Positions 1 through 9,365 of a stretch of DNA of 64,000 nucleotides are shown here, in pieces. Below the pieces are notes generated by a model. It had not been told where the DNA came from. It ran no database searches and saw only the letters and a program-made list of their open reading frames with translations. The stretch is from Thermoanaerobaculia bacterium (lineage in GTDB: Bacteria; Acidobacteriota; Thermoanaerobaculia; Thermoanaerobaculales; Sulfomarinibacteraceae). The position numbers and the translations under genes are program-made. The stretch is taken from assembly GCA_027067575.1 (NCBI GenBank), contig JAMOVQ010000141.1, forward strand, positions 26,731 to 90,730, in the 5' to 3' direction. Position 1 is the stretch's first letter. Each line of letters starts with the position of its first letter.

Positions 1-190
1 GACCAGCGCCCTCCGGTCTGGAGCCCGGCTCATCGCCCTGGAGAGAGCGAGAAGTGAGTCGCGAAAGAACGTCCTGTAGAAATTTGCCAGCCGCATCTCT
101 TCCGATCTTCTCGAAGCTCTGGCTCGACCGGAGATTCGAGAACGCCTCCACGATCTTAGCATCCGTGGCGAGCTCCACCCGGGTTTCCAT
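1..190 (-). CDS. hypothetical protein, N-terminal part only (gene runs off the left edge)
   Basis: Reverse strand reads ATG at 188-190, then METRVELATDAKIVEAFSNLRSSQSFEKIGRDAAGKFLQDV..., and stays open to position 1. It is absent from the ORF track because there is no stop in the window. No recognisable motif; the region is visibly less GC-rich than the rest. Confidence 0.3.
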   Translation of the reverse strand, partial: METRVELATDAKIVEAFSNLRSSQSFEKIGRDAAGKFLQDVLSRLTSRSLQGDEPGSRPEGAG

Positions 191-331
191 CTTCTGACGT
201 ACACTGATTCTTGGAGCTATGGACGGTTTCTTCGCTCATGCACGGCCACGGGAGAGTGCAGCGGCACGATCGAATGGACAGTGCTGGCTGCGATTACGCT
301 GGACTCATCGCGTGGATTCCGGGTGGACAGG

Positions 332-1396
332 GTGAAGATCGCCCACGTCACCATGGCGCAGGTCCGCGGTGGACTGCTCCGGGTGATCGAGACGCTGGTG
401 GGCGGCCACAGGACCGCCGGCCGGCTCCTGGTGATCTCGGGACCCGGAACGCGGCCGGGCACTGTCCCGGACGGTGTGGAGTGGTGGGAACGGTCGATCC
501 ACGGCAATACGGACCTTCGCGGCCTGTTCGGACTCCTCGGGGCGATCCGACGGTTCTCGCCGGACGTTCTCGTGATCCACGCCGGCGCTCCGGGCGAGCT
601 GGCGCTTCTCGCGGCACTCTCCGCCCGGCGGCGGCCGACGGTGGTGCTGGATCATCTCCCGGAGTATCAGCCGCTGGGGACGCCGTGGCGGAATCGGCTC
701 TTGGCGCGGCTCGACCGGAGGGCCACGCTCTGGCTCGCCGTCAGCCGGGCGGGGGCACAGGTGCTCGAGACGCGGTGGAACCTTCCCCCGGGAACGGTCG
801 GGTTCGTGCACATGGGGGTCGCCGAACCGCCTCCGGGGCTTTCCCGAGAGGAGGAGCGCTTCGTCGCTCAGGGACAAGGCCGACCCCTCGTTCTCGGCCT
901 CGGCACACCGGAAGAGCGAAAGGGGTTCCCCCTGTTTCAGGCGCTGGCCGGGCGCCTGGGGAACCGGGCCCGGTTTGCGTGGATCGGAGGACAGCGACGG
1001 GAGCACCGGGGAGCGGTGGAGCTCTGGCCGTGGACACGGAACGTGGGCGGCTGGCTCCGGGCCGCCGACCTGCTCCTCGTCCCATCCCTCGCCGAGGGTC
1101 TTCCGCTAGTGGTCCTCGAGGCGATGGCGTGCGGGACCCCGGTCGTCGCCGCGCCGGTGGGCGGAATCCCCGAGGCGGTCTCGGACGGCAGGGAGGGTCT
1201 CCTGGTCCCTTCCCGGGAGACGGGCGCGTGGGAGGAGGCCGTCGGATGCCTGCTGGCCGATCCCGTCCGGCGTGAGAGCATGGCACGGGCGGCCCGGATA
1301 CGCTGGGAACGGGAGTTCACGGACGCCGCCATGTCGGAGCGGATGGCGGCAGTGGTCCGCGAGGCGGTCGCCCGTCACGGGGGGGGCGGGAGATGA
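332..1396 (+). CDS. glycosyltransferase family 4 (GT-B fold)
   Basis: ORF 281..1396. The C-terminal motif EGLPLVVLEAMACGTPVVAAPVGGIPE is typical of GT4. An in-frame GTG at 332 gives the canonical N-terminus VKIAHVT. The stop overlaps the next start (ATGA at 1393-1396). Confidence 0.8.
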   Translation: MKIAHVTMAQVRGGLLRVIETLVGGHRTAGRLLVISGPGTRPGTVPDGVEWWERSIHGNTDLRGLFGLLGAIRRFSPDVLVIHAGAPGELALLAALSARRRPTVVLDHLPEYQPLGTPWRNRLLARLDRRATLWLAVSRAGAQVLETRWNLPPGTVGFVHMGVAEPPPGLSREEERFVAQGQGRPLVLGLGTPEERKGFPLFQALAGRLGNRARFAWIGGQRREHRGAVELWPWTRNVGGWLRAADLLLVPSLAEGLPLVVLEAMACGTPVVAAPVGGIPEAVSDGREGLLVPSRETGAWEEAVGCLLADPVRRESMARAARIRWEREFTDAAMSERMAAVVREAVARHGGGGR

Positions 1397-2430
1397 GGAT
1401 CGCCATGGACGGCAAGACGCTCCAGGGTCCGCCCGGCGGGGTCCGGCGGTACGTCCGCGGTATCCTGCGGGGGCTGGAATCTTTGGACGATGCGCCACCC
1501 GTGGAGGTCCTGTTGCCGGAACGGCACTGGAGGACGGCATCGTGGACGCTGCTGGGGCTCCAGAGGGCGTCCGCCCGCGGCTTCGATGTCCTGCACTGCC
1601 CGTTCTACTACACGCCACCGGCCCCCCGGTGTCCCGTGACGGTGGCGATCCACGACGTGCTACCCCTCGAGCACCCCGAATGGTTCCCACGGTCGTGGTC
1701 GAGCCCGATCCGGTGGCTGATGGGGCCGTGCGCCCGCCGGGCGGCAACTGTCGTCACCTGTTCCCGTGCGACGGCGGAGGCGATCACCGGTCTCCTCCGG
1801 GTCCCCGCGGAGCGGGTCCGCGTCATCCCCCACGCGGTGGACCACGCGCTGTTCGCCCCGCCGTCCGATGCGGCGGTCGCGAGCGCCCGGGAAGCGCGGG
1901 CCGGCGGACGACCGTACGTCCTCCAGGTCGGCGCCCTGGAACCGCGGCGGGGAGTGGACCTGGCGATCCGGGCCGTCGGGGCGCTGCGTTCGCTGTTCCC
2001 CGATCTCGTCCTGCTCCTCGCCGGCCCGGACCGGTTCACCGTTCCCGAGCTGTCGGCAGCCCCGCCGTGGGTCGTGCGGACCGGTCCCGTGGAGGACGCC
2101 GAGCTTCCCGCCCTGTACGCCGGGGCCGAGGCCGTGCTCTCACCCTCCCGCGGTGAGGGGTTCGACCTGCCGCTGCTCGAGGCGCTGGCGTGCGGCGCCG
2201 CCGTGGTCGCCTCGGACATCCCCGTGCATGTGGAGCACTTCGCGTCGGCCGTCCGGCTGTTCCCCTCGGGCGACGCGGAGGCGCTGGCCGCCCGGCTCCA
2301 GGAGGTGCTGGACGACGGCGACGGATCGGCCAAGCTCCGGCGGCGGGCGATCGGCCTGGCCGGGCGGTTCACCTGGGAACGGTCCGCCCGGGAGCACCTG
2401 GCGCTCTGGCGGGAGATTCTCGGCCGCTGA
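1393..2430 (+). CDS. glycosyltransferase family 4
   Basis: ORF 1393..2430 carries the motif GEGFDLPLLEALACGAAVVASDIP. ATGA overlap with the upstream gene. Confidence 0.8.
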   Translation: MRIAMDGKTLQGPPGGVRRYVRGILRGLESLDDAPPVEVLLPERHWRTASWTLLGLQRASARGFDVLHCPFYYTPPAPRCPVTVAIHDVLPLEHPEWFPRSWSSPIRWLMGPCARRAATVVTCSRATAEAITGLLRVPAERVRVIPHAVDHALFAPPSDAAVASAREARAGGRPYVLQVGALEPRRGVDLAIRAVGALRSLFPDLVLLLAGPDRFTVPELSAAPPWVVRTGPVEDAELPALYAGAEAVLSPSRGEGFDLPLLEALACGAAVVASDIPVHVEHFASAVRLFPSGDAEALAARLQEVLDDGDGSAKLRRRAIGLAGRFTWERSAREHLALWREILGR

Positions 2431-2530
2431 CGGACCACGCTATGCTCGGTCCGTGGAACCGGCAGACTCGCTACCCGCTCCTCACCCACCGGCCCGACGG
2501 TGGAGGCGGTCATCCGGCGCGATCCTCGCC

Positions 2531-4234
2531 ATGGTACTGCTGGCGGTGGGCCTCGAGGCCGGCGCCATCGCGTGGGTCCACGCCGAGCGGACGCTCTACT
2601 ACTGGGACCAGATCGGGTACTGGGGGAAGGCCATCGAGTTCTCACAAGCCCTTCACGCCGACCCTGTCGCGGCATGGAAGACGCTGGCCCGGTCCGTCTC
2701 CCGTGAGGAGCTCAACCTGCTCCCCGCCGCCCCCGTCGGCCTCTGGATGACCGTGGCCGGGGAGTCCCGGGCCGCGTTCATCGCCGCCCTGGCCGGGCTG
2801 TACCTCTTCCCGGCCATCGTCCTCCTCGCAGCCGTCGTCCGGGAATGGAGTGACGCCTCCTGGCCGGCGATCACGGCGGGGACTGCGGTGGCGGCGCTGC
2901 TGGCCGTGCCGGCGCTGGGAACGGTCCTCAAGGGGTACGTGGGCGCCGGAGGGCTCCTGCTGGCGCTGCCGGCGCTGTACCTCGCGGGCCGCCGGCCCCT
3001 GCCCGACTGGCGCCCGTGGGAGGCCTCGGTCATCGGCGTCGCCTGTGCGCTGGTGTTCCTGTTCCGGAGGTGGTGGGGGTTCTGGGCCCTCGCCCTGGCG
3101 CTGACGGTGGCCGCGGAGCTCGTCCTGCTCCTCGTGGACCGGAACGGCCGGAACCTTCCCGCCATCCGGAGGGCCGTGGGCCGGGCCGGCCTGGCGGCGC
3201 TCGGCGGCGGCGTCGTCCTGGTCCTGCTCGCGTGGCCCCGCCTGCTGGCCATCGTCAGGCCCGGGTACGGTGCGGGGTTCTCGGCGTACCGTCACGGCAC
3301 CGCACCGTTTCACGCCGTGGGAGAGACCCTCCGTTTCTGGGGCGCGTTGCCCCTCCTGGCCGTGGCCGCCGGGGTCGTCCTCTGGCTTCGTCATGGGGAC
3401 CGCCGGGCGGCTCTCGTCCTGGCCGTGATGACCGCTGCCCCGGTGGGGCTCCTCTTCCTCCTCCAGGACCCCGACGCCCACCACTGGCTCGTGGTGGTCC
3501 CCGGGGGGATGCTCCTGATCGCGGTCTCCCTGACCCGCCGGATCGACGCCACCGGCCGGCGGGCCGGACCGGTTCTCGCCGCTCTCGCCCTCCTCCTGAC
3601 GGTCTCGTTCTCGGCCTCGGTCTTCGCGCCGCCCTCCGTGCACGTTCCCGGCGTCCTCCGGGCGCTCTTCCCGGTCGGCCGCTACCGTCCCGCCGTCCGT
3701 CACGACCTCGACGAGGTCGCCCGCCTCCTCGCGGAGCTGGACGCGAGACAGCGGACCGCTCCGGGGCCCATTTCCGTGCTCGCGAGCTCGGGGACCTTGT
3801 GCGACGACGTGCTGCGGTGGGCCAACCGGTCGCGGGGGTGGCGTTTCCTCTCGCCGGGGAGGGTCGTTCCCGCGGCCCACGTGGACCGGCGCGACGGGTT
3901 TCCCGTGATGCTCCTCGTCTCGCGATACGTCATCGTCACCGTACCGGCGCTGATCCACCTGCGCCCCGAGGACCAGCGGGTCGTCTTGATCCCCAGGGCC
4001 GCGATCCTGGAGCGGCGGAACATCGGGCGGGCGTTCTCGCGACTTCCGGTGAGGTTTTCCCTCGACGGCGGCGTGGAGGCGTTCCTCTACGAACGGACGC
4101 GGCCAATCAAGGGTCCGGAGGTCGCCGAACTCGTCCGGGAGTTCGGCCGGTACTACTCCGTGGAGAGCGGGTTCTTCGACAGGCTTGCCCTGCTGACCGA
4201 ATCGCACCCGCCCGCCACAGGGAGCGCACCGTGA
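2531..4234 (+). CDS. polytopic integral membrane protein, possible GT-C-like glycosyltransferase or polymerase; family not recognised
   Basis: In-frame ATG at 2531 within ORF 1766..4234. There are about 10 or more hydrophobic segments (LAMVLLAVGLEAGAIAWV, LWMTVAGESRAAFIAALAGLYLFPAIVLLAAV, and others), then a roughly 190-aa soluble C-terminus. The upstream part of the ORF is an off-frame read-through of the GT4 gene. Confidence 0.6.
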   Translation: MVLLAVGLEAGAIAWVHAERTLYYWDQIGYWGKAIEFSQALHADPVAAWKTLARSVSREELNLLPAAPVGLWMTVAGESRAAFIAALAGLYLFPAIVLLAAVVREWSDASWPAITAGTAVAALLAVPALGTVLKGYVGAGGLLLALPALYLAGRRPLPDWRPWEASVIGVACALVFLFRRWWGFWALALALTVAAELVLLLVDRNGRNLPAIRRAVGRAGLAALGGGVVLVLLAWPRLLAIVRPGYGAGFSAYRHGTAPFHAVGETLRFWGALPLLAVAAGVVLWLRHGDRRAALVLAVMTAAPVGLLFLLQDPDAHHWLVVVPGGMLLIAVSLTRRIDATGRRAGPVLAALALLLTVSFSASVFAPPSVHVPGVLRALFPVGRYRPAVRHDLDEVARLLAELDARQRTAPGPISVLASSGTLCDDVLRWANRSRGWRFLSPGRVVPAAHVDRRDGFPVMLLVSRYVIVTVPALIHLRPEDQRVVLIPRAAILERRNIGRAFSRLPVRFSLDGGVEAFLYERTRPIKGPEVAELVREFGRYYSVESGFFDRLALLTESHPPATGSAP

Positions 4235-5175
4235 CCGTCGCAGCCGTGGTGGTGTCGTACGGGTCCCGGGAGGATCTGCCGGGGTGTCTGGACGCGCTGC
4301 TGGCGTCGGCGCCCCGGCCCCGGGTGGTCGTGGTGGACAACGCCTCGGCCGACGGATCGGCGGAGCTCGTCCGGAAGCGGTACGGCGAGGCGGTAACGCT
4401 CGTGGCGCTGGAGGAGAACACCGGGTTCACCGGCGGGTGCAACCGGGGACTGGCCGAGGCGGGGGACGCGGATGTGGTGGCGTTCCTCAACCCCGACGTC
4501 CGGGTGGATCCGGACTGCCTGGCCACGGCGGCACGCTGTCTCGGGGAGACGGGTGCGGCTGGGGTGGCCCCGCTGCTGCTCCGGCCGGACCGCCGGACCG
4601 TGGACTCGGCGGGGCAGTGCCTCCGGCGGTGGATCCTCGAGGTCGAGGATCGCGGGTACGGGCGGCCCTTGGCCCCGGCGCTCCTCGAGCCGCGGCCGGT
4701 GCTGGCGGCGTGCGGTGCGCTGGCCGTGTTCCGGCGCGAGGCGCTGGAGGCCGTCCGCCTGCCCTCCGGTGTGTGGGACGAGGCGCTGTTCTGCTTCTGG
4801 GAGGACCTGGAGCTGGGGTGGCGGCTGTGGAACGCGGGGTTCACGGTCCGGAGCTGTCCGGAGGCCGTGGCCGTCCATGGCCGCGGAGCCGGGGCGGCGC
4901 CGGGGAAGGGCCCGCTCCGCTGGCGGCGTCCCCCGGCGCTCGAGGCCCGGATCGTCCTCAATAAGTGGCGGGTTCTGGCGCGGCACCTCCATCCGCTTGA
5001 TCTGGTGCCCCGGCTCCCCCTACTCTTGGGACGGGACGGAGGCCTCGCCGCGGCCGGTGTGATCCGCCGGCCGGTTGTGCTCCACCACCTCGCGGGCCTG
5101 CTGCCCGGGGTGATTGGGGCGTGGCGAACGCGGGTGCGCCGGCGGCGCCTCCGCCTGAAGGAGCTTCCGTGCTGA
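4231..5175 (+). CDS. glycosyltransferase family 2
   Basis: An in-frame GTG at 4231 overlaps the upstream stop (GTGA). The N-terminus VAAVVVSYGSREDLPGCLDALL...VVVVDNASADGS and the FLNPDV (DXD-like) motif are typical of GT2/rhamnosyltransferase-like enzymes. Confidence 0.8.
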   Translation: MTVAAVVVSYGSREDLPGCLDALLASAPRPRVVVVDNASADGSAELVRKRYGEAVTLVALEENTGFTGGCNRGLAEAGDADVVAFLNPDVRVDPDCLATAARCLGETGAAGVAPLLLRPDRRTVDSAGQCLRRWILEVEDRGYGRPLAPALLEPRPVLAACGALAVFRREALEAVRLPSGVWDEALFCFWEDLELGWRLWNAGFTVRSCPEAVAVHGRGAGAAPGKGPLRWRRPPALEARIVLNKWRVLARHLHPLDLVPRLPLLLGRDGGLAAAGVIRRPVVLHHLAGLLPGVIGAWRTRVRRRRLRLKELPC

Positions 5176-6173
5176 TTCGCTTGCTGCTCGGTTTCATCCT
5201 GGCATACCTGCTCGCCCTTGCGGGCGTGCCGGTGGCACGGCGCATGGCGCTCCAGTTCGGAATCGTCGATGCTCCGGACGGGAACCTCAAGCGGCAGCGG
5301 GAACCGGTGCCGTACCTCGGCGGGCTCGCCGTGTTCCTGGCGTTCCTGCTGGCGCTGGCCATGGTGATCGAGTTCGACCGGGAGGTGCTCGGGCTGCTCC
5401 TGGCGGCAACCATCGCCGCCAGCCTCGGGATGATCGACGACTTCGGGGTGCTGACGCCAGGGACGAAGGTGCTCGGCCAGGGGGTGGCCGTGTTCGTGCT
5501 GCTCAAAGCCGGGGTGGCGGTCCACCTGGTGGCGTTGCCGTGGTGGGCCCGCCTCCTGCTGACCGTCCTGTGGCTCGTGGGGATGTCCAACGCGTTCAAC
5601 CTGACCGACATCATGGATGGCCTGGCCGGAGGGCTCGGGGTGATCGCCGGGACGTTCCTCCTGGCTGTGGCGGTGATCGGCGGCCGATGGACCGTGGCGG
5701 CGTTCACCGTGGTGCTCATCGGGGCGCTGCTCGGCTTCCTCAAGTTCAACTTCCCGCCGGCCTCGATCTACCTGGGCGACTGCGGCTCGCTGTTCCTCGG
5801 CCTGACCCTGGGCGCACTGGCCATGGTGATGGACTACACGCATCACAATCCGCTGGGGTTCCTAGCACCGCTGTTCATCCTGGCGCTGCCGATCGTGGAT
5901 ACCGCGTACGTCACCGTGCTTCGGGTGCGCGCGGGCCGCAAGATCTACCACGGGAGCCCGGACCATTTCCCGCTTCGCCTCCGCAAGCGGCTCGGTGGCT
6001 CGACGGTCCGGGCGGTGCTCGTCAGCTACGCCGCTGCCGTGGTGCTGGGAGGCGCCGGGATCGCGCTGCTGTTCGTCGGCGTCCGGACCACGCTCTGGAT
6101 CACCGGCGTCACGGCCGTCCTGGTGCTGGCCGCGCTGGTCTGGCTCGCCGCCGTCCCCATGGAGGACGGATGA
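5169..6173 (+). CDS. polyprenyl-phosphate sugar-1-phosphate transferase (WecA/MraY family, glycosyl transferase family 4)
   Basis: ORF 5121..6173 with GTG at 5169. Multi-TM protein with the motif NAFNLTDIMDGLAGG and IYLGDCGSLFLG, characteristic of the MraY/WecA superfamily. Confidence 0.8.
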   Translation: MLIRLLLGFILAYLLALAGVPVARRMALQFGIVDAPDGNLKRQREPVPYLGGLAVFLAFLLALAMVIEFDREVLGLLLAATIAASLGMIDDFGVLTPGTKVLGQGVAVFVLLKAGVAVHLVALPWWARLLLTVLWLVGMSNAFNLTDIMDGLAGGLGVIAGTFLLAVAVIGGRWTVAAFTVVLIGALLGFLKFNFPPASIYLGDCGSLFLGLTLGALAMVMDYTHHNPLGFLAPLFILALPIVDTAYVTVLRVRAGRKIYHGSPDHFPLRLRKRLGGSTVRAVLVSYAAAVVLGGAGIALLFVGVRTTLWITGVTAVLVLAALVWLAAVPMEDG

Positions 6174-7468
6174 GTCGTCCCGTGATCGTGGGCGGCGGCC
6201 TGACCGGACTCGTGGCCGCCGAACGCCTTGCGGTGCACGGGATCACCGCCCCCGTCCTCGAGCGGGAGGCCGGACCCGGCGGCGTCTGCCGCTCGGTGGA
6301 GGCGGACGGGTTCACCTTCGACCTGACCGGCCACCTCCTCCATACGCGCCACGATCCGGTGCGCGACTACCTCCGCACCCTCGGCGTGTGGGACCGTCTC
6401 CGGGAGCACGGGCGGCGCGCCGCCGTCGTGATCGGGGGCCGGTTCACCCCGTACCCCGTCCAGATCAACACCCATGCCCTGGCGCCGGAGGTCCGCCGGG
6501 ACTGCCTGCTCGGGTTCGTCCGGGCGTGGGCCGCGGGCGAACCGTCGCAGGAGCCCGGATCCTTCGCGGAATGGGTGCTGGAACGGTTCGGGGAGGGGCT
6601 CGCCCGGCACTTCTTCTTCCCGTACAACGCCAAGCTGTTCCGGATCGCTCCGGAGGAGCTGACCGCCGACTGGGTCGGCCGGTACGTCCCACGCCCCTCG
6701 CTCGAGGAGGTCGTCGACGGCGCCCTGGGACTGCACCGGGGCCGGACGGGGTACAACGCCACATTCCGCTACCCGGCCCGGGGCGGGATCCGGATGCTGC
6801 CCGACGCCGTGGCCGCCCGGGTTCCGGAGCTCCGCACGGGGGCCGGCGTCCGCCGGATCTCCCTCCGGGAGCGGTGGGTAGAGCTCGAGGACGGGACGCG
6901 GCTGCCGTGGTCGCGGCTCGGCGCAACCTGCCCGCTCCCCGTGGCCCTCGATCTGCTGGCCGACCGGCCGCCCGCGGAGGTCGCGGCCGCGCGCTGGGCA
7001 CTGCGGTGGGTCTCCGTGCTCTGCGTGGCGCTGGGCGTGGAGGGGGAGGCGCCCCGGCCGGAGCACTGGCTGTACTTCCCCGACCCGGAGCTGCCGTTCT
7101 ACCGTGTCGGGTTCCCGTCGAACCACGGCGACGTGGCCCCGGCCGGATGCCACACCGTGTCCATCGAGGTGGCGCTGGACCCCGATCCGGGCGGCCTGGA
7201 GACCGTGGCGGATCGCGCGGTGGCGGCGCTGGCCAGGACGGGCCTGCTCGACCCCTCGCGGATCGTGGTGCGCCGGACGCTGCTCGTGGACCCCGCCTAC
7301 GTCGTCTTCGACCGGGCGTGGCGCGATGCCGTCCCGGTGCTCCGGGGGTTCCTCGAACGGCACGGCGTCTTCACGGCAGGCCGGTGGGGCGCGTGGAACT
7401 ACTCGGCCATGGAGGACGCGATCCTGGACGGATTCCGCCTGGCGGAGCGGCTGGCGGAGGCGGGGTGA
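6170..7468 (+). CDS. FAD/NAD(P)-binding oxidoreductase (amine-oxidase / UDP-galactopyranose-mutase-like)
   Basis: ATG at 6170 overlaps the upstream stop (ATGA). N-terminal Rossmann motif VIVGGGLTGLVAAERL...EREAGPGG. About 432 aa. Confidence 0.7.
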   Translation: MSRPVIVGGGLTGLVAAERLAVHGITAPVLEREAGPGGVCRSVEADGFTFDLTGHLLHTRHDPVRDYLRTLGVWDRLREHGRRAAVVIGGRFTPYPVQINTHALAPEVRRDCLLGFVRAWAAGEPSQEPGSFAEWVLERFGEGLARHFFFPYNAKLFRIAPEELTADWVGRYVPRPSLEEVVDGALGLHRGRTGYNATFRYPARGGIRMLPDAVAARVPELRTGAGVRRISLRERWVELEDGTRLPWSRLGATCPLPVALDLLADRPPAEVAAARWALRWVSVLCVALGVEGEAPRPEHWLYFPDPELPFYRVGFPSNHGDVAPAGCHTVSIEVALDPDPGGLETVADRAVAALARTGLLDPSRIVVRRTLLVDPAYVVFDRAWRDAVPVLRGFLERHGVFTAGRWGAWNYSAMEDAILDGFRLAERLAEAG

Positions 7469-8616
7469 GCGGCCGGGTCCGGGTGCTCCACGTCATCACG
7501 CGGCTCGAGCTGGGCGGCGCCCAGGGGAACACCCTCCACACCGTGGCGACCCTGGACCGGGAGACGTTCGAGCCCGGCCTGGCGTGGGGCCCCGGCGACC
7601 GGCTCGATGCGCGCGCCCGGGCGCTCGGGGACGTGGCGCTGTTCGAGATCCCCTCGCTCCGCCGGGAGCCCCGGCCACCGGCCGACTTCGCCGCCCTCAC
7701 GGCGCTTCGCCGAACGATCCGCGCGTGGCGGCCCGCCATCGTCCACACCCACTCGTCCAAGGCGGGCATCCTGGGACGCGCCGCCGCCCGGCTCGAGGGC
7801 GTGCCCGCCGTGGTCCACACCGTCCACGGGTTCGGGTTCACACCGTTGCAGCCCGCGCCGGTGCGGGCCGTGTTCCTCGCGCTGGAGCGGGTGGCCTCCC
7901 GCTGGACCGACGCCTTCGTCGTGGTGGCCGCCGCGCACCGTGAGCTCGGCGCCTCCCTGGGGGTGCTCGATCCCGCCCGCACCCGGGTGATCCGCTCCGG
8001 GATCGACCTGGCGGCGTTCCGGAACGCCTCGGGAGGGCTGGGCCTCCGGGAACGGCTGGGGGTCCCTGCCGCGGCCCCGCTGGTGGTCCAGGTGGGCAAC
8101 CTCAAGCCGCAGAAGGCGCCGCTGGACTTCGTGCGGGTGGCAGCGTCTGTGGCCCGGACGGTGCCGGATGCCCGGTTTCTCGTGGCGGGCGACGGCCCGC
8201 TCCGGGGACGGGCCGAACGGCTGGCGGCGCGGCTCGGCGTGGCGGACCGGGTGCTCCTGCCCGGCTGGATCGAGGACGTCCCCGCCGTGCTCGACGCGGC
8301 GGACGTCGCCGTCCTGACCTCGCGCCACGAGGGGCTCCCGCGGGCCGTGGTGGAGGCACTGGCCGCCGGCGTGCCCGTGGTGGCCACGGCGGTGGACGGC
8401 ACGCCCGAGGTGGTGCGCCACGGGATCAACGGTCTTCTCGCCGTTCCGGGCGACGTGGAGGGGCTGGCCCGGGCCGTGGCCCGGCTTCTCGGCGATCCGG
8501 AGCTCCGGCACCGGATGGCCGCGGCGGCGCCGGAGGGGCTCGAGGCGTTCGACATCGACCGGATGGTCCGGGAACAGGAGGCGCTGTACCGATGGATCCT
8601 CGAATCGAGCTCGTGA
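7465..8616 (+). CDS. glycosyltransferase family 4
   Basis: GTG at 7465 overlaps the upstream stop (GTGA). N-terminus VRVLHVITRLELGGAQ; motif HEGLPRAVVEALAAGVPVVATAVDGTPEVV. Confidence 0.8.
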   Translation: MSGRVRVLHVITRLELGGAQGNTLHTVATLDRETFEPGLAWGPGDRLDARARALGDVALFEIPSLRREPRPPADFAALTALRRTIRAWRPAIVHTHSSKAGILGRAAARLEGVPAVVHTVHGFGFTPLQPAPVRAVFLALERVASRWTDAFVVVAAAHRELGASLGVLDPARTRVIRSGIDLAAFRNASGGLGLRERLGVPAAAPLVVQVGNLKPQKAPLDFVRVAASVARTVPDARFLVAGDGPLRGRAERLAARLGVADRVLLPGWIEDVPAVLDAADVAVLTSRHEGLPRAVVEALAAGVPVVATAVDGTPEVVRHGINGLLAVPGDVEGLARAVARLLGDPELRHRMAAAAPEGLEAFDIDRMVREQEALYRWILESSS

Positions 8617-9365
8617 TGACGCTGGGAGCCGTGGCCGTCGGCCTGGTGGTCGGCAGCTTCCTCAACGTGGTGATTCACCGCGTTCCGCGGCGCCTGTCCA
8701 TCGTCCGGCCCGGCTCGGCCTGCCCCGCCTGCGGTGAGCCGATCCGGTGGTACGACAACGTTCCCGTTCTCTCCTGGATCGTGCTCCGGGCGCGGTGCCG
8801 CCGGTGCGGTGCGCCGATCCCCGTCCGGTACCCCGCGGTGGAGCTCGGCGGCGCCATCGTGGCGCTGCTCGCGCTGCACCGCTGGGGATGGACCGTGTCC
8901 GGCGCCGAGGCGGCGCTGTTCGGGTGGGTCTCCCTGGCGCTGGCGCTGATCGACCTGGAGCACAAGCTGCTGCCCGACGTGATGACCCTGCCGTCCATCG
9001 CGGGCGGGCTCGCGTTCTCCCTGGCCGGGGGGATCGCCGGCCCGGTGGACTCGGCGCTCGGCGCCGTGGTCGGGGCTGCGATCCCCGCCACACTGATCGT
9101 CGTCTACCGGAGGCTCAAGGGCGTGGAGGGGATGGGGTGGGGCGACGTCAAGTACCTGGCGGCCATCGGGGCCGTGGCCGGCGTGATGGGGTGCTTGAGA
9201 ATCCTCGTGCTCGCAGCCGTCGCCGGAGCGCTGACCGGGATCGCCCTGATCGCCGCCGGGAGGGGGTCGCGGGAGACGGAGCTGCCGTTCGGGACGTTCC
9301 TGGCCGCCGCGGCGCTGTTCTGGCTCTACGCGCCGCCCTCCTGGCTCGCCTGGATCCCCTGGTAG
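8616..9365 (+). CDS. pilD: prepilin peptidase (type IV leader peptidase/N-methyltransferase, A24 family)
   Basis: ORF 8592..9365 with GSFLNVVIHRVP, the zinc-knuckle pairs CPACGEPI...CRRCGAPI, and the aspartyl motif GWGDVKYLAAIG. ATG at 8616 overlaps the upstream stop by 1 nt; alternative starts are 8592 and 8613. Confidence 0.85.
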   Translation: MTLGAVAVGLVVGSFLNVVIHRVPRRLSIVRPGSACPACGEPIRWYDNVPVLSWIVLRARCRRCGAPIPVRYPAVELGGAIVALLALHRWGWTVSGAEAALFGWVSLALALIDLEHKLLPDVMTLPSIAGGLAFSLAGGIAGPVDSALGAVVGAAIPATLIVVYRRLKGVEGMGWGDVKYLAAIGAVAGVMGCLRILVLAAVAGALTGIALIAAGRGSRETELPFGTFLAAAALFWLYAPPSWLAWIPW

